A stretch of DNA of 64,000 bases from the human T2T-CHM13v2.0 reference genome, Homo sapiens. The stretch lies in NCBI RefSeq assembly GCF_009914755.1, contig NC_060947.1; one strand, given 5' to 3'. This document shows, piece after piece, positions 22,080 through 40,385 of this stretch. Below the pieces are notes generated by a model. It had not been told where the DNA came from, did not search any database, and was given only the letters and a program-made list of their open reading frames with translations. The position numbers and the translations under genes were made by a program. Numbering within the stretch: position 1 is the stretch's first letter; each line of letters begins with the position of its first letter.

Positions 22080-25000
22080 TGTCAATTCCTGCAGGCCCCG
22101 CAATAGCCTGCCATTCCCTCTAGGGCCTGCTGCTGACATCTTAAGCTACAAGAGGCTGCTGGACTGCCTTGGGTAAGATTGCCCTGGCTCCATGAGGACA
22201 GAAGAGAAGCAACAACTCCAAGATAAGAAGGGAAATCCAGGTACTCAGCCCACCTCAAGCTATGAGTCAATGTCCCCATAAGAGCAAGAATTCTACCTAA
22301 GATATCCTATATAAACCCACAAGTGTGCCCAGAAGCCACTGACACATTTACATGATATTTAGACTTAACGCTCATAAAGGGATGATGTATTAACAGCAAC
22401 AGATACATGGATACATCTGTTCTTTTTGATGAACACTTACACACAGACATTTATATTAAAACCAAGAGCCCCAGAGAAAGGTACACTCAGCCCTGCCTTG
22501 TAGCACTATAGCAGAATAAACTCTGCTTCTAAGGCTTATACTGGTTGTGGGCCTTCCCTGGTGTTTTTTCATCCACAAAGGGTGGAGGGAGAGGCCTGGT
22601 AGGACGGGGCGGTTGGCATTTCTGGAACAACAGTGCCATCAAGAGGAAGCTTTTTGAGCATGGCTTCCAGCCCTTCGCAGTGTATCCAGAGGGGAAGGTT
22701 TCTAATAGAACAAAGGGTAGGTTTGGGGCACTCAGGGAATTCTGGGACTGGATGTGGGCACCTGACTGGGTGCCTCCAGATTCAGTGCAAAAGCGAGGGA
22801 GCCGAGCTTGCCCACCAAGAAACCCTGGGCTGCCAGGCCTGCCAGGCTCGGGAGGCGGCAGAGGCCAGGCCTTAGTGGCAGCCATGTTTGGGAACCTGGA
22901 GCTACCACAGGGCATTTTGACTGTGGATCTTTGCTCTTGGTGAAGATGTAACTTTAAGCGAAGAAAGGAGGCACTGCCCTGGAGGTCCCAGGGCCAGCCA
23001 AATAAAGGGGAGGTGGCAGTAGCCACATTGCTAGGTGTAGCTCATAAAAAGGATAGAAAATTTCCTGATTTGGGGGGTACTACAATGATACAAGAAAGAG
23101 TAGTTGAAGTACATTGCACTTCAAACTTTGTCTGGTTAATTTTTGCTCCTGTCAAAGAAAGTCTGGGTCAAAGGTCTCACAGCGTGCCATTGCACACATT
23201 TTGTCCCATGGGGCAGAGGGTGCTGACACTCATTGGGGATCAAGTTGATACCAACATTGAGCTCTGGTGTCAGAGGACCTAGGTCTGTATTGTGCTGTAC
23301 TTCAGCTCAAGAACAATCCGGAAGTGCACTGTTTGTTAGGCTCTAGTTCCTTAGTATGATCTGGTTCCTCTCCTCGTGGAAGAAACCTGGGTTCAAACAT
23401 GAAGATCTATGTTCTGTGTATCTGCTTGTCTTACAGCATTGGCTCAAACCTAAGGAACACTCTCAGAGCATCACACTCACAGCCTTGAGCTTAGGATCAA
23501 TCAGATCCTGTAGGTCCAGGTCTTGCCCTGAGGCTTGGAAAAAAGAAGGTTGATTGACCCTAAAAGGCTCTGCCCACATAAGACCACTGGGCAACACTTT
23601 AGGAAACTCACAAGTATGAAACTGAGAAAGGACTAGAGCAGTTTTTGGCACCCATTTGGGAGGTGAAAGAAAAAAAAAAGGTGGAGATCTGGGCCTTGAG
23701 TCTTCCTACCAGGCCTGTGGGCAAGCACTGACCAGGGAGCATAGCCTCAGTCAGTTAAGAGCTGGCAAAAGCACAACTTAACCACGATGTTTTCCAGGAG
23801 TAGGCCATTAGGAAGATGGAGTGTATAAAATAGGCCATGTACCCAGGAGTATGTACCTCGTTCTTGGCTCGGCAGGACTGCTTGATGAGAAGTAGATCTG
23901 AGGGAAATGGGGAGGAGGCTAGGGCTGGATGCACAGAGAGAAATGGGCATGGAGAAAGGAAGGATGATGACAGAACCCTACAGTGGTTAGATTCTGGCAT
24001 GGACTCCTGGCCCTTCTTGATTCCCAGCTACCTGGATAAACACAGGTTCAGACTTGGGAGAGCCAGGGGTGAATGGGAAGCAAGGCCAATTCCTGCTCAT
24101 TGCCCTGAGGCTCCTGGGACTTTGAAGGAAGGTGGCCAAGAAGAACTCTGCAAAGGCAGGGATCTAGGCACTAGCTCTCTTTGGTGTGGGACACACAGCA
24201 CTAAAAACAGGCTTCTGCCAGAAGTATGGCACTCTCAGGAGCAGGCACTGCAGCCAGTAAAGGGGCAGGTGGTAAAATGGCTGTAACCTCAGGGTGGGGA
24301 TCCTTTGCAGAGATTTATGCTAGCCCTATCCAGACATGGCTACCAACAGAATCATGAGCCAGGGCTTCCAGTACAGGTCCCACCAGGTGCTCTGGGGGTC
24401 TTGACCTGGTGCTTGTCTCTGAAGCTTGACAGCCCCAAATGGCCATTGGCCACACTTCTCCCATGCATCCAGATAGCTCTGTTCCCTCCTGAAACCCCAC
24501 TTCACTCCCAAGCCACTCCTCAGACAATCATGAGCAAGGGTTCATGGGATTGTCAAACAAGTTCTTCTAGATGGCATTATTATGCCAGAAATGCCAGCAT
24601 TCCTTCCCCTCTTTCCTCCCCAATATTCCATCCCTCTGCCATTTGCTACTGAAGAAAAAGCCAGCCAGTGTTTATCCTGGCTGAATCCTTGGGGCTCCCA
24701 GTTCTCATTGCTGGTCCTCCATCTTGCAGGGCTTCATCCCAGTAGGGTGGTCTCAAACTTTCCTCTTGACAAGGAGAAATGGCTCTAATCATTACCTTAT
24801 GATCATACCTAAAAGCCATGGCTGAATCTTTAGCACTGGAGCTGGCTGAGACCACAGGAAAATATCTTGAGTCTGGGCAGAGAGTTGGAGCCAGACTTAA
24901 ACTCTGCTTACCAAGTAACATTTTGACTTGGACATTGACATAAGCCACTAAAAGGTCAGCTTGACCCAGAGGTCTCAGGATGCAATACCCACAAAATGGT

Positions 25001-25150
25001 GGCGCAGCGGCACCAGAACTGGGGTGAACAGTGAGGAAAAACTGCCATCACAAGACAATGTGGCCTGAGGACCCCGCTCCTTTCACATGGCCGTACCCTC
25101 CAGATGAGGAATGGTCTCCAGACAAGGAAGGTTGCACGCTTGGGTCAGTG
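22080..25150. repeat. Local duplication block A (contains module copy 1 on - and copy 2 on +)
   Basis: Collinear similarity to 29180-32745, with shared anchors cacctcaagctatgagtca, ctttttgatgaa, agccacattgc, ggtactacaatga and ctgcaaaggcag. Confidence 0.85.
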
Positions 25151-26712
25151 AGGAGGGGAGACAGGAGCCAAACTAGAGATACCCATCCTCCTCATATGTG
25201 ATGTCCATGCCAGGATCAATGGCAGGACAATTCTTACAAGCAGGCTTGTGGTAGGTGTACTTCTGATGGCTTGTGTGGAATAACACCTCTTCAAGACACA
25301 TTCCCCCACATTTCTCCTCAGTATGTCAAGAGACAGACATAAGGGACATTGAGCGATTGGCACCAGGCTGCGTGAGTGTGGCCTCCCACCCCTTTTAGCC
25401 CAATCACCCTCTAACAGTTAAGGCAGAGTGCACTCCATGTCCTCACCAGTCAGGAGGGCCATTGTGCAGTGAGTTGGGCCCAAGAGGGATTGGGAGATAA
25501 TGGGGAGGACAAGAAGGCAGAGCTGTACTCAACACCAATAAGGTGAAGGCCCAAAAGACCTGTCTGTCTTCCCTGGGTCTCCAACAGACTTTCTCTTCTT
25601 AAGTGAGGCCAGGACCACTTCTTAAAAGTAATTCTGGGAGCCCAAAGATCCCATAACTGGCAGATGGCCAGCCTCCCAGAGTCCCAGTCCCAACCCATTT
25701 CCCCTCTCCCCTACACTACAGGACACTGACCTCAAGTTCCAAGAAATGATCCCAATCCCCTGAAGGAAACACATCTTGCCTAGGTGCTCATCCATGCACT
25801 TCCTGCTTTGGGCCTCACTATCAGGACCTCATTCAAAAAGTCTTTCCTACTAAGCATGGTGGAAAGCTACAGAATAGGGCACCATTGCCCCATGCCAGTT
25901 ATCTACATGCCTCAGCAGTGTCTTCTTCTGTAGATGGGCTGAAATCCCAGAACCACTGCCCATTTCATAGGATAAAACAGACTTTTTTAAAAACATAATT
26001 ATTTTAATTAACCTTTTTCATATAAATGCCATCAGTGACACTTCATACACAAACATGATTTTCATGTCATTTCAGTATAAATTCATTGAGCATCTACTTT
26101 GTGCTTGTTGCAAAAAGGAATGAGACAAAGCCCTGCCATCAGAGAATCCTCAGTCTGTGTTACCATTGCCGTATGTCTTAGGGCATGGTTGGAGATCAAG
26201 AATAGAAAAGCCACTAAAATCTACTTAGGTAAAAGAGAACCGACAGGCCTGCTGTGGGTGATTGGAACAGAAAATGACCAAAGATGTTACTTTCTTCATT
26301 GCCATGTTATCTCTTCCTCTGCTTCCCTCATTTTACATTTCTCTCTTTCTCCCACCTTTTCTCCCCCTCTCCATCCAACCCATTTGCAGATTGCCTTCCT
26401 TTGCTCTCCTACTACACCATCCACCATGGCTTACACTGGATGGTGCTCTCAGCCTCCAACACGTGCTGGCAACTGTCCAGGTCCAGCATTACTGTCTGTT
26501 AACTTGACTGTCTCCATTGTAATCCCAAGTGGCCAGCAAGAGACTCCAAAGGGCCTACCATGGACAGGTTTCCAACCCTAGCCCAAACAGCTATGGCTGG
26601 GGAGTGGGGAAAGGATGCCCAAGGTCATATTGAATGGTATGCAAGGGACCGCTCTTTCTGGGGCTGGACTCAAAGGTATGGGATGATGGCTTCTGTAAAA
26701 TATAATGTGATA

Positions 26713-26995
26713 GCCAGGCGCGGTGGCTCACGCCTGCAATCCCAGCACCTTGGGAGGCTAAGGTGGGTGGACCGCCTGCGGTCAGGAGCTCAAGACCAGA
26801 ATGACCAACACGGCGAAACCCCATCTTCACTAAAAATTCAAAAATGAGCCGGGCATGGTGGCAGGTGCCTGCAATCCCAGCCACTTGGGAGGCTAAGGCA
26901 GGAGAACGGCCAGAAGCCAGGAGGCGGAGGTTGCAGTGAGCCGAGACCGCACTCCAGCCTGGGTGACAGAGCAAGACTCTGCCTAAAAAAAAAAT
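26713..26995 (+). mobile_element. AluS-like element with T>C hypermutation
   Basis: Own TSD ATATAATGTGATA (26700-26712 and 27023-27035); about 13 T>C changes versus the consensus, e.g. ctgCaatc, cacCttgg, aacaCggCgaaa, cagcCact. Confidence 0.95.
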
Positions 26996-27339
26996 TATAT
27001 ATAGATATATCTGTCTATCTATATATAATGTGATAAATGGTCTAATAGTTGCTCTACAGTACATACACCTCAGATTCACATTTTGCAGACTTCACAAATT
27101 CATAGAATTTTACAAATGTATGGGATTCCAGGAATCATTTGACACAATCCCCACACTTGAGCTCATTGTAAACCAAAGCTTGAGAGCAGATAAGGGTGGA
27201 TCCCATAGTCTCTGACTTCTAGTTTACGCCAACATTTACCAAACCAGAGCAGTTTAAGACTACCTTTGACATGTGGGTTACCAAAGATAGTCCACACTGC
27301 ATTATAGCATGTGGATTTGTTTGTCTTTTTTAGTATAAT

Positions 27340-27550
27340 TTCTGTACCTACTAAGAACTTTCACATATATCATCCTATCTAGTCCTCCCAGCAATCATGA
27401 AAATAATTGTTAAGCCTATTTTGTAGATGATAAACTGAGACCCAAAGAAGTCAACAGATTTGCCTACACTTTACAGATCATATCAGGCAAAGCCAAGTTT
27501 TAAACCCATACGATTTGACTTCAGACCTCGCTCTTTCTGCTATGCCACAC
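27340..27550 (-). mobile_element. MIR
   Basis: Core-like ctattttgtagatgataaactgagacccaaagaagtcaa...tttaaaccc. Confidence 0.65.
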
Positions 27551-27619
27551 TGCCTTCACTCTCTGGGAATCAGTCAAGTGTCAATTTGTATTGTTTGAAA
27601 ATTTTTTCTATATGTTATG

Positions 27620-27942
<323 letters not shown>

Positions 27943-29179
27943 TGAAAAGGATAAGGAAGAGGATTCAGAAGGATAAAGAGCACTCACCCATAACCCTAGC
28001 ATCTGGAGATGACCCGGGATCGCAGAGGTATCCTCTTTTTCTGTTCACTCTGTGTGCCCTGCAACAAGATAGCCAACTATCCTTCACTGGATTTTGGGCT
28101 GATTGTCAAAGTGATAGCCAAAAGGTGGCAGTGTATATATTCAACCCACCCAGCCAACTGAGAGAGTGCTTTCAGGCTAGGATATCAGCTCTTGGATCAA
28201 CCGTGATTTCTGAAGAAAGTATAACATTAAAATCAACCCTAATTATTTATTGAAAAATCCCACAAATGTAATTTGAGGCTGTCATAAAGAGGTAGCTTTC
28301 CATGAACAGTCCCATATGAAACCAGAGGATACCTCTGACTTCTCTCATTCCTGTGGGGGAATCACAACCATCATGTCTTGGCATCTATCCTCACAGAGCT
28401 TCCTTCTTGGTCTGTGTACTTGTGTGGGTATGGAGAAATAAATTTCTTCACAAGTGTGTTTTCTCCATCATGCATAAATAAAATAACAGGGGAAATGAAA
28501 AGAATCTGGGAGTATGTTGACTCTGCACAGAGATGCAAAGTCCAGTGGAGGTGTTTTGTGAAAGCCACAGATTATAAGAGAGTCTATCACATGTAAGCAT
28601 CTTGGTGTCAAAGAGAAAGTCAAAGGCAGACATACCTCTGCATTTGCCTTTATTCACACTGGACACTAAAAACATACACACAAGGAAAAATGACACAATT
28701 CTCACTGTAGGCAGAGTCAGGAGGATGAATAGAAGGCAGAGGGGAAACTTGGGAGTGTCCATCATGCAGTGTTAAGGGCTACCACTTAATTGGGAGGAAT
28801 CTCTATCCACAGTGGCATCTCCAAGGTGGTTATGGGAGAAAGGAAGAGAAAAAGAAGAAAACACACATAGATACACAATTAAGGAAGAAAGTAGAGGCAT
28901 GTGTGTTTGCATGTATACATGCATGTATGAATGCACAAATGAGTGAATGTGGGGGTGCTGCAGGGAGAGAAGACCCACACTTTCATGTAGAGCTTCCTTG
29001 AAGGGGCTGCAGAACCAAAGGCCCCCACCATGGTCACCTGCCTGTGTGGAACCACTGGGCCTTCCTTCTGACCCACGGAACCCCAATCTGGAGCACCCAA
29101 TGGGGGACTGCCTACCTGAGACCCCTGGAGGTAAGCCAAGGCATCATTTCCCCAGTCTTCACAATTTACATGGCCCCTG

Positions 29180-32745
<3,566 letters not shown>

Positions 32746-32939
32746 CTGACCCCTTCTGGACTCTTTGACCCCTATGCACTTCCCTTTGGGATTTTCCACA
32801 ACATATTTTATTTCTCTGTCTCTTTTTCTTTCTAGAGGTCTCTCTGTAACTAACTAACTCTCTCTCTCGCACACCACCTTCAGCCCCAACACTCACCCAC
32901 TTCTACTGGAGCCCGCTTCCTCTCTTGCTCTGTCTCTAT

Positions 32940-33158
32940 GTGATTGGGCTTCTTTGACTCTCCGGGAATTCCCATCAATGTGGGCCTTTAAAACGATAAG
33001 AGATGCAACTGAACGTGTGAGACATCGTGCACATAGGCTGAGAGGCGGCAAGAGAAATGCCCAAGAAATCAAGACCCCAGCTACCCCCTCTGCTTCTACC
33101 ACCACCAGCAACACCACCCCAGGGATGTGCTTTCTGTTTCCCCCAAGCCAAGGTGAGG
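32940..33158 (+). promoter_or_regulatory. Putative Pol II promoter and first exon
   Basis: ATTGG (reverse CCAAT) at 32943, GGGAATTCCC kB palindrome at 32964-32973, TTTAAAA at 32987, and donor AAG|GTGAGG at 33152/33153. Confidence 0.35.
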
Positions 33159-34247
33159 CAAGTCCCAGTTGAATGTCATCGTGCTGACATTAAACGTGCT
33201 TTGAGGTGGAAGGTGAATGTCTGTTTGGATGGCAGTGTTTCTGCACGTGGGCGAGGAGGGGCACATGTATCCACCTGGCTCACTCTCTAGCTGGATTCAG
33301 GTGGAACGGAGGACCATGAACCTTCTCGACCTTTTCTGCTTTGGTCCTGTGCTTCCAACGTTTCAGGCCTAAGAAGCCCATCACCTCCTTATGCCTTCTT
33401 TCAGTCCTTCCACAAAAAGCAAAACAAAACAAAACAAAACAAACCCAAAAAACAGGACATTCCACCTGTCACCTCAAGAGGGTCCTCTAGGTTCCTTTTC
33501 CATTCCTGAATTCTGTGAAGTGGTGCTGGTCTCCACCTTTTGGACACGAGCCCCTGTTCACTTGGGAGACACCTGAACACCCTTGGAAGGGAGAGTTAGC
33601 CGCAGGAGATGACCCAGTCCACTGCTGTACCAGACCGGGTCCTGCAAAGAGAGGCGTCCATCAAGCCTCATCCCTGCACACCACGTTGGGCCTGGCCCGA
33701 TTCTACCTCAGAGACCCACTTGAGGAGAGGCACAGGGATGCTGCCTGAGCAGCAGATCCTTCTGGCACGGAGCAGGCTGTCCCCAGGCCTGTCCGACAGG
33801 TCCTTGTTTCTAGGTGCTCTTGGCTTCCCAGACTTCAGCAGGCCTAGGAAGGCCCCGGTCTCCCTTAGCTGATGCCCAGAGAGTCTCCATTTCACAAGAT
33901 TTGCCACCAAACCCATTGGTCAGTGCGCCTCTGATCACAGGGCCAGGTCCTGTGAACCCTCAAAGACAACTGGGATCCACTGAAGGCCCCCATGCAAAAA
34001 TGAGCACCATAGTGAATGGCCCAGCTCCAAGACAACCTCGGGGACATGGACACAGCAAGACTGGGTCACATGTCTCAACAAGGTGGGGGCATGGCGTCTC
34101 AGGGTGGCTGGGCCGGGCCTGGCTTCGCATCTACCTCATCAAGGACTGTGTGGTTACGGACCCTCCCATGGCCCACCTTCCTCCCTAGGACGCAAGGAGG
34201 AATGCCCTGGTGCCGACTAGCAATGGCTGCAGGACTCAGTTCTGAGA

Positions 34248-35310
34248 GGGGCCCCTCTTCACTGGCATGCAGTGTGGCCGAGGGAGCCTCCCGGGGCGAG
34301 AACCCAGCTAGGCCATCACCCTCTTTGCTCCCAAGGGAAGGGGTGCCAGGCAAACTGCCCATAGCCTCAAGCTAAGGCTCTCTGGCCAAGGCCTCTGCCA
34401 GTCCCGCCCAGATCATGGCTGTCACCAGGCTCCTGAGCTATGGCTTCCTGTACGGGAACCGCCAGCATCCTGGTTTTACAGCTCCTCCTGGTGCCTATCT
34501 CTGGGACTTGCATGGCCCCAACTGGACAAGGGCCCTGCTTCCGTCAGGCCTCCAGAGAGCTCAGATCCGTCCAGGCACCGGCCCTAGTCCTGCCTGATCC
34601 CCCACAGCACGCCCTAGCCACTCCTCCCCAGGCAAAAACAGGGAAGGGTATGTGGGTTTGCCAAATAAGTTTCTCTTGATGGCAGTATTGCTTCAGAAAT
34701 GCCCACCTGCCCTTGCCCCCGGTACTCCCTCCACCCTTTGATGAGGAAAAAATACCAACTGCACTACAAAAATGGCTGATCACCATCTCAGTCATTTTGG
34801 GCCAGCTCTGGCCCACCTGTGGGACCCTGTCCTTGGGAGACTGGGGTTGGGACTCAAACTTCAGGTGAACCTACAACTCCAGGATAGCGGGACTGGGTCC
34901 CTGGCCTTTCTCACGTGGTAGCCCCGGCAGGGGAATGGGCAGAGAGCCCACCCCAGCCTAGGTCAGACAGGAGGGGAGCCAGGTGCCTCCCCGAACACAC
35001 CTGTTCTCACACCTGGCCTACATCAACATCTATACAGGTCTTCCCAGAAACCTTGACGTGCAAAACACATAAAGGCAGGCATTCCGTTGAGGAATCATGT
35101 GTGCTATGGGGGAGCAGTAAATTCGCAAGACCCACGTGTTCCGATGTAACTCCCCACATGTATTCTGTAACAGAAACCCTATGATGACTCTGTCAGGGAA
35201 GTCAAGGCATGGGCAAATGCCTAACTTGTGCTGCAGGAACACAGTGATATTGAACACTGCTCTCAAGACAGAAGAAACAGAAGAAATATACTACCTTCAA
35301 TCTGCTACTT
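34248..35310 (+). repeat. Module copy 5 (about 290-bp internal deletion relative to copies 4 and 6)
   Basis: Aligns to 39473 onward and 31570-32743; jumps from ggaccctgtcc to ggggttgggactcaaacttcaggtgaac near 34840. Confidence 0.85.
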
Positions 35311-36669
35311 ATCATTAAGGAAATTCAGGGTACGGACCCTGAATACCTTTTATTTCATGAGACCTGATTCATCTTTGGGTAATAAAAAACAGTTTTAAAG
35401 ATTATTGGTAAAATGCAAATGTCTTCAAAATGTAAACATGTGGTCTAAATTATGTTCAAATATTAGGTTTGCTAAATACTTTAAGGTCATAAACTCCTTC
35501 TTTGGATTTTGAAATTTGTTTGACTTGCCTGCTTTACAACAAGGTAAGGCCTCGGAACATATGGAGTTGGCTACACCCCTAGCTATGCTGGAAATAGTCA
35601 AACCTTATCAGCACCTAGTGCATAATTAATATAACTTACCAGGGTTTACATTAAAATTAAAATTGCTAAGAGTCACTATTATAGCATGTAATTGAGACTA
35701 TAGAAACAGTTTTACATGCAAGGTGTGTAAGAAAAGTGAAATGTGTTTTTGGTAAAAGATTATAAGAAGGCATGGGAATGTAAATTTTTTAAAACCTCTA
35801 ACATATTTAATAGGTTTCCCAAAATAGAATTTCCGCTTTAAAATTGTCTTTTATTTCTTTGACATGTTTAGTTACATGGGAAGCATTGTCAAAATAAAAA
35901 AAATGTTTAATGATCTTCAGGTTATATTTTAGTGAATAATATTAATAAATGTTCCAAAATTGTATGGAATTTCTAAAATTCTAATATGTCTGAGTATATG
36001 CTATCAATCATAATTATGGTTATTAGGTTAAGTTATTGTAGGCCACAGAAATAACCAAATTTCCTTGTATAAAGCTACTAACCCAAGTAGAACCAAAAAT
36101 TAATTGGATACCAAAAAAAAATTATACTTTGTCAGATTTTCTTGTTAATCCAGCTGATACTGAAATAGTTTAGAAGTACAATTAATGAACTCCACAGTCT
36201 AAGTCAAATTACCTATGATAACCCATCAGTTATCAGTGGTATGCACCTAATTGGGAGAAACAACTGGTATTAAAGAGGATATAAGTCTAATGTTAATTAA
36301 GCATGGACTCATAGAGAACCAGGATGGCCACCTTGTCCTTCCTGAGTCCTTAAAGCTTTTATTATTAAAAGTTCTGTATTCCATGACTCATCATGGAAAA
36401 GATAAAATAACCCAAATTGAATATATTGGTGTGGTGTCTTATAAATTGCTAAAGTAATTTATAACCAATGCTTGTTCCCATATTCCTGGGAAAACAATCA
36501 AAGCTTCAGGTACATTTGGTAACCTGATGGGCCATTTAAACATTTTATAAAAGGATTTCATTCAATTGTTATTTTCAATGCATGTTTTCTGGTTGTGTAG
36601 AAGCTCTCCCATGCAACAGGGCTGTTATAACACTAAGTTATTATGCCACAGTGTATTTTCGCCAGGTAA

Positions 36670-37062
<393 letters not shown>

Positions 37063-37935
37063 CAAAGATTGGATCTTCTGAGAACATCAGAGAAAGACTG
37101 TCCTTGCCACCCACATTGCAGCAAAACTTTCGAACCTTGAACTCTGGGTTCATAATCTCACAACTGAGAAGGGTCCGTCCACAGTCTTGGAACTGTACAT
37201 CCACTGGAACCCTTAAGGTAAAAGTAACGAGGGAATTTTCTCCCTAGAAGAAGACGGCATCCTTGATGTAAACAGCTTTTCAAGAGTTCACAGATTAAGA
37301 CTTCTACTATCATGAGACTCTTATCTTTGAATATGTTTTCTTGCTTATGCCTCTATGAACAATAGAAGTAGAAAAGTGGTCTGTTATGTGCACTTATAGG
37401 GTATAATTTTATTTGTGAAGGAGTTTGGAGCCAGCCTTATACATGGATAACCTTATACTTTGAAAGATAAAAGATGAAGGCCCAATGTAGGTGAGAAACT
37501 TTAATGGTACATACATTGCCTCGTAATCAGTTGGAAACAGAACATTGGTTCACTCTTCTTCACCCACATCACAGGTTAAAGAGAACATTGTCAGAAGGCC
37601 TTCACTCTTCTAGAAAGGCATCATTTGTTAGGTCCTTTTTCCATTGTTTGGAGTAAAAGAAGCAATGTAAAAGGAGAAATGTATCCCTCATGATAGGTTC
37701 TATAGCAAATTCCACCATAAAGGCTACAGTTACACAAAAGACTTTAAATTCTCTTGTGAAAGTTATGATAGAATTGGCTGAATAGAGAAGTATCTGTGCA
37801 GCTGCTGGCACTTATGGCCTATGGAGGAAACATCGGGTATTATAGAGATTCAGGTGTAGCTGATTAATGAAGAAACTGCCTAGTTAAGGGAATAGACTCT
37901 TTATCGAGCTCATTCTTGTATCTATTTGATTTTAG

Positions 37936-38350
<415 letters not shown>

Positions 38351-39056
38351 TCTCAGAGGTTTTAAATGCTTGCATGCAGCCATCTCTAGAATGTCAAATG
38401 GTTTCTCTTCAACTGGAATGACAAGAGCTGAAAGAAATGTGTGACTATAAGGCCACTGATGAATGACAGGCTGAGACCAGAAACCCAAAATGATGGTAAC
38501 TGAGAGCGTCGCTAAGGCCCTAAGTTTTGGTCATACTCTCATCTAAGTGAGAAACTGACCAAAAAGGGAATTTTTTAAAAAACAAAATTGTGGGAGGCCA
38601 TTGTTTTGGATTGAGCTTATGCACTAGGCCTCAAAAGACCAAACCAAACCAAACTGGAGTCGCTTGTGTTAAAACTTTAAGGAAACACAGGTCCTAGAAC
38701 AGACCAGGTTTTGTTTTTCTCCGGCAAATCTCTAGAACAAACATTCCTGACAGCATATGTAGACACCCCCTGAAGTTCCCATTAAATCTTTTAACCAAAT
38801 TCATTTCTTCTCACATAGAGACCATCAAGCTTCAGATAATCATGCAACAAAGGTTCCAGGCAGTTCCAGGTGAAGACATCACCCCTGGCCACTAAGGAGC
38901 TACCCTGCCTCCACTAGACAGAGCAGGGTGAGAGTTCCATAATTCCCGACAGGTAGGGACTACCCCCTAAGCCAGCAGAAAGCAGTTAGAGGAGAAAGAC
39001 CATCAGTCCCTCCACCTGCCATAAAGATTTATGAGATCACACCTCTCGGGGGGAAA

Positions 39057-39465
39057 TGTGGTAGGAGAATAGGGTCTGGAGGCAGGAAATATAAGGCCAT
39101 TTCATGCTGACTTCCTAGAACTAAATGAAATGGAAACACTTCAGCTATGACAGGTAATATCCTTTCTATTTACACAGGGCATAAGCCGAGTAAATAACTC
39201 TGTAATGTTACTTCATCCTTTTCATTTACATAGGGCATACCCCAGGTAGCCAATAGAAACCTCTAGAGGGTATTTAAACCCTAGAAATTCCTGTAATGGG
39301 GCTCTTGAGCCCCTATGCTCAAGCCCGCTCCCACCCTGTAGAGTGTACTTTCATTTTCAATAAATGTCTGCTTTTACTGCTTCCTTCTTTCCTTGCTTTG
39401 TTTGTACATTTTGTCCAATTCATTTTTCAAGATGCTAAAAACCTTGACACCCTCCACTGGTAACA
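39057..39465 (+). mobile_element. MER51/MER61-like ERV1 LTR
   Basis: TG..aggagaatagggtctggaggcagg...gctgacttcctagaactaaat; CCAAT, TATTTAAA and AATAAA present; ends ggtaaCA. Confidence 0.8.
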
Positions 39466-40385
39466 CTGGGAGTGGCCCATCCTCACTGCTGTGCACTGTG
39501 GCCAAGAGAGCCTCCTGGGGCCGAGGACCCAGCTAGGCCATCACGCCAATTGCTCTCAAGAAAAGGGGCACCAGGCAAACTGCCTGTGGCCCCGAGCAAA
39601 AGCTCCTTGGCTGAGGCCTCCATTAGTCTCACCCAGATCATGGCCACCACCAGACTCCTGAGCCATGGCTTCCTGTACGGAACGTGCCAGGTGTCCTGGC
39701 TGGCCACCTCATCCTCAGTGCCTATTTCTGGGGCTTCCACATCCCGACCCAGCCACGGGCCCCACTTCCCTTGGGCCTCCAGAGAGCCTGGATCTATCTG
39801 GGCACTGGCCCTAGTCCTGCCTGGTCCCCTATAGCACTCCCAAGCCGCTCCTCCCCAGGCAAGCACAGGGAAGGGTGCGTGGGATTGCCAAATGATTCCT
39901 CTTGATGGCAGTATTGCTCCAGAAATGCCCACCTGCCCTTCCCCCAGGTCCACTCCCTCTGCCCTTTGCTAAGAAAAAAAAGCCAACCATGCTCTGAACA
40001 TGGCTGATCACCATCTCAGCCACTTTTGGCCAGCTCTGGCCCACCTGCGGGACCCTGTCCTGGGGAGAATGGCCTTGGCGGGGTCCTCTTAGCCTGCCTT
40101 CCTGACAAACAGGGAAGTGGTCCCCTTGAACCGTCCAAGGGATGGACCCAACCTAAACACATCCCTAACTGTGCCTTTAGCATGGGAGGATGGTGGAGCC
40201 CTCAGGGAAGAGAAGAAAATTGGGCACGCAGTAGGATCTGAGCCCAACCCTTGCTTTCCAGGAGACATATGCACTTGGGCATTCTCACGGGTCACTGCAA
40301 GGGCAGCTTGACCAAGAGGTCAAAGGCGACCAGAGTCCCACTGTCCCCTGGAGGTTGGGATTCAAACTTCAGGTGAACATACAAT
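39466..40385 (+). repeat. Module copy 6
   Basis: High similarity to 31570-32310 and 34248-34880. Confidence 0.88.

Noticed and set aside
22529-23026. 165-aa ORF over module copy 1 as an intact gene
   Set aside because: It has a non-ATG start, is not in the frame showing synonymous conservation, and is interrupted in the block B paralogue.
23165-23196. The minus strand translates VQWHAVRPLTQ, recalling the EZHIP KLP motif WHAVRMRASS
   Set aside because: It lacks the critical Met and the downstream motif, and the paralogous site (~30415-30440) reads EWHPVARLTQ. A 5-residue match is expected by chance.
23837-24286. 149-aa ORF with GMDSWP, recalling the FAM47 N-terminus
   Set aside because: Only a few residues match, and it is not preserved in block B.
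24530-24560. KGSWDCQ / KGAWDCQ as a RanBP2-type zinc finger
   Set aside because: The remaining three cysteines and the Asn are missing in all copies.
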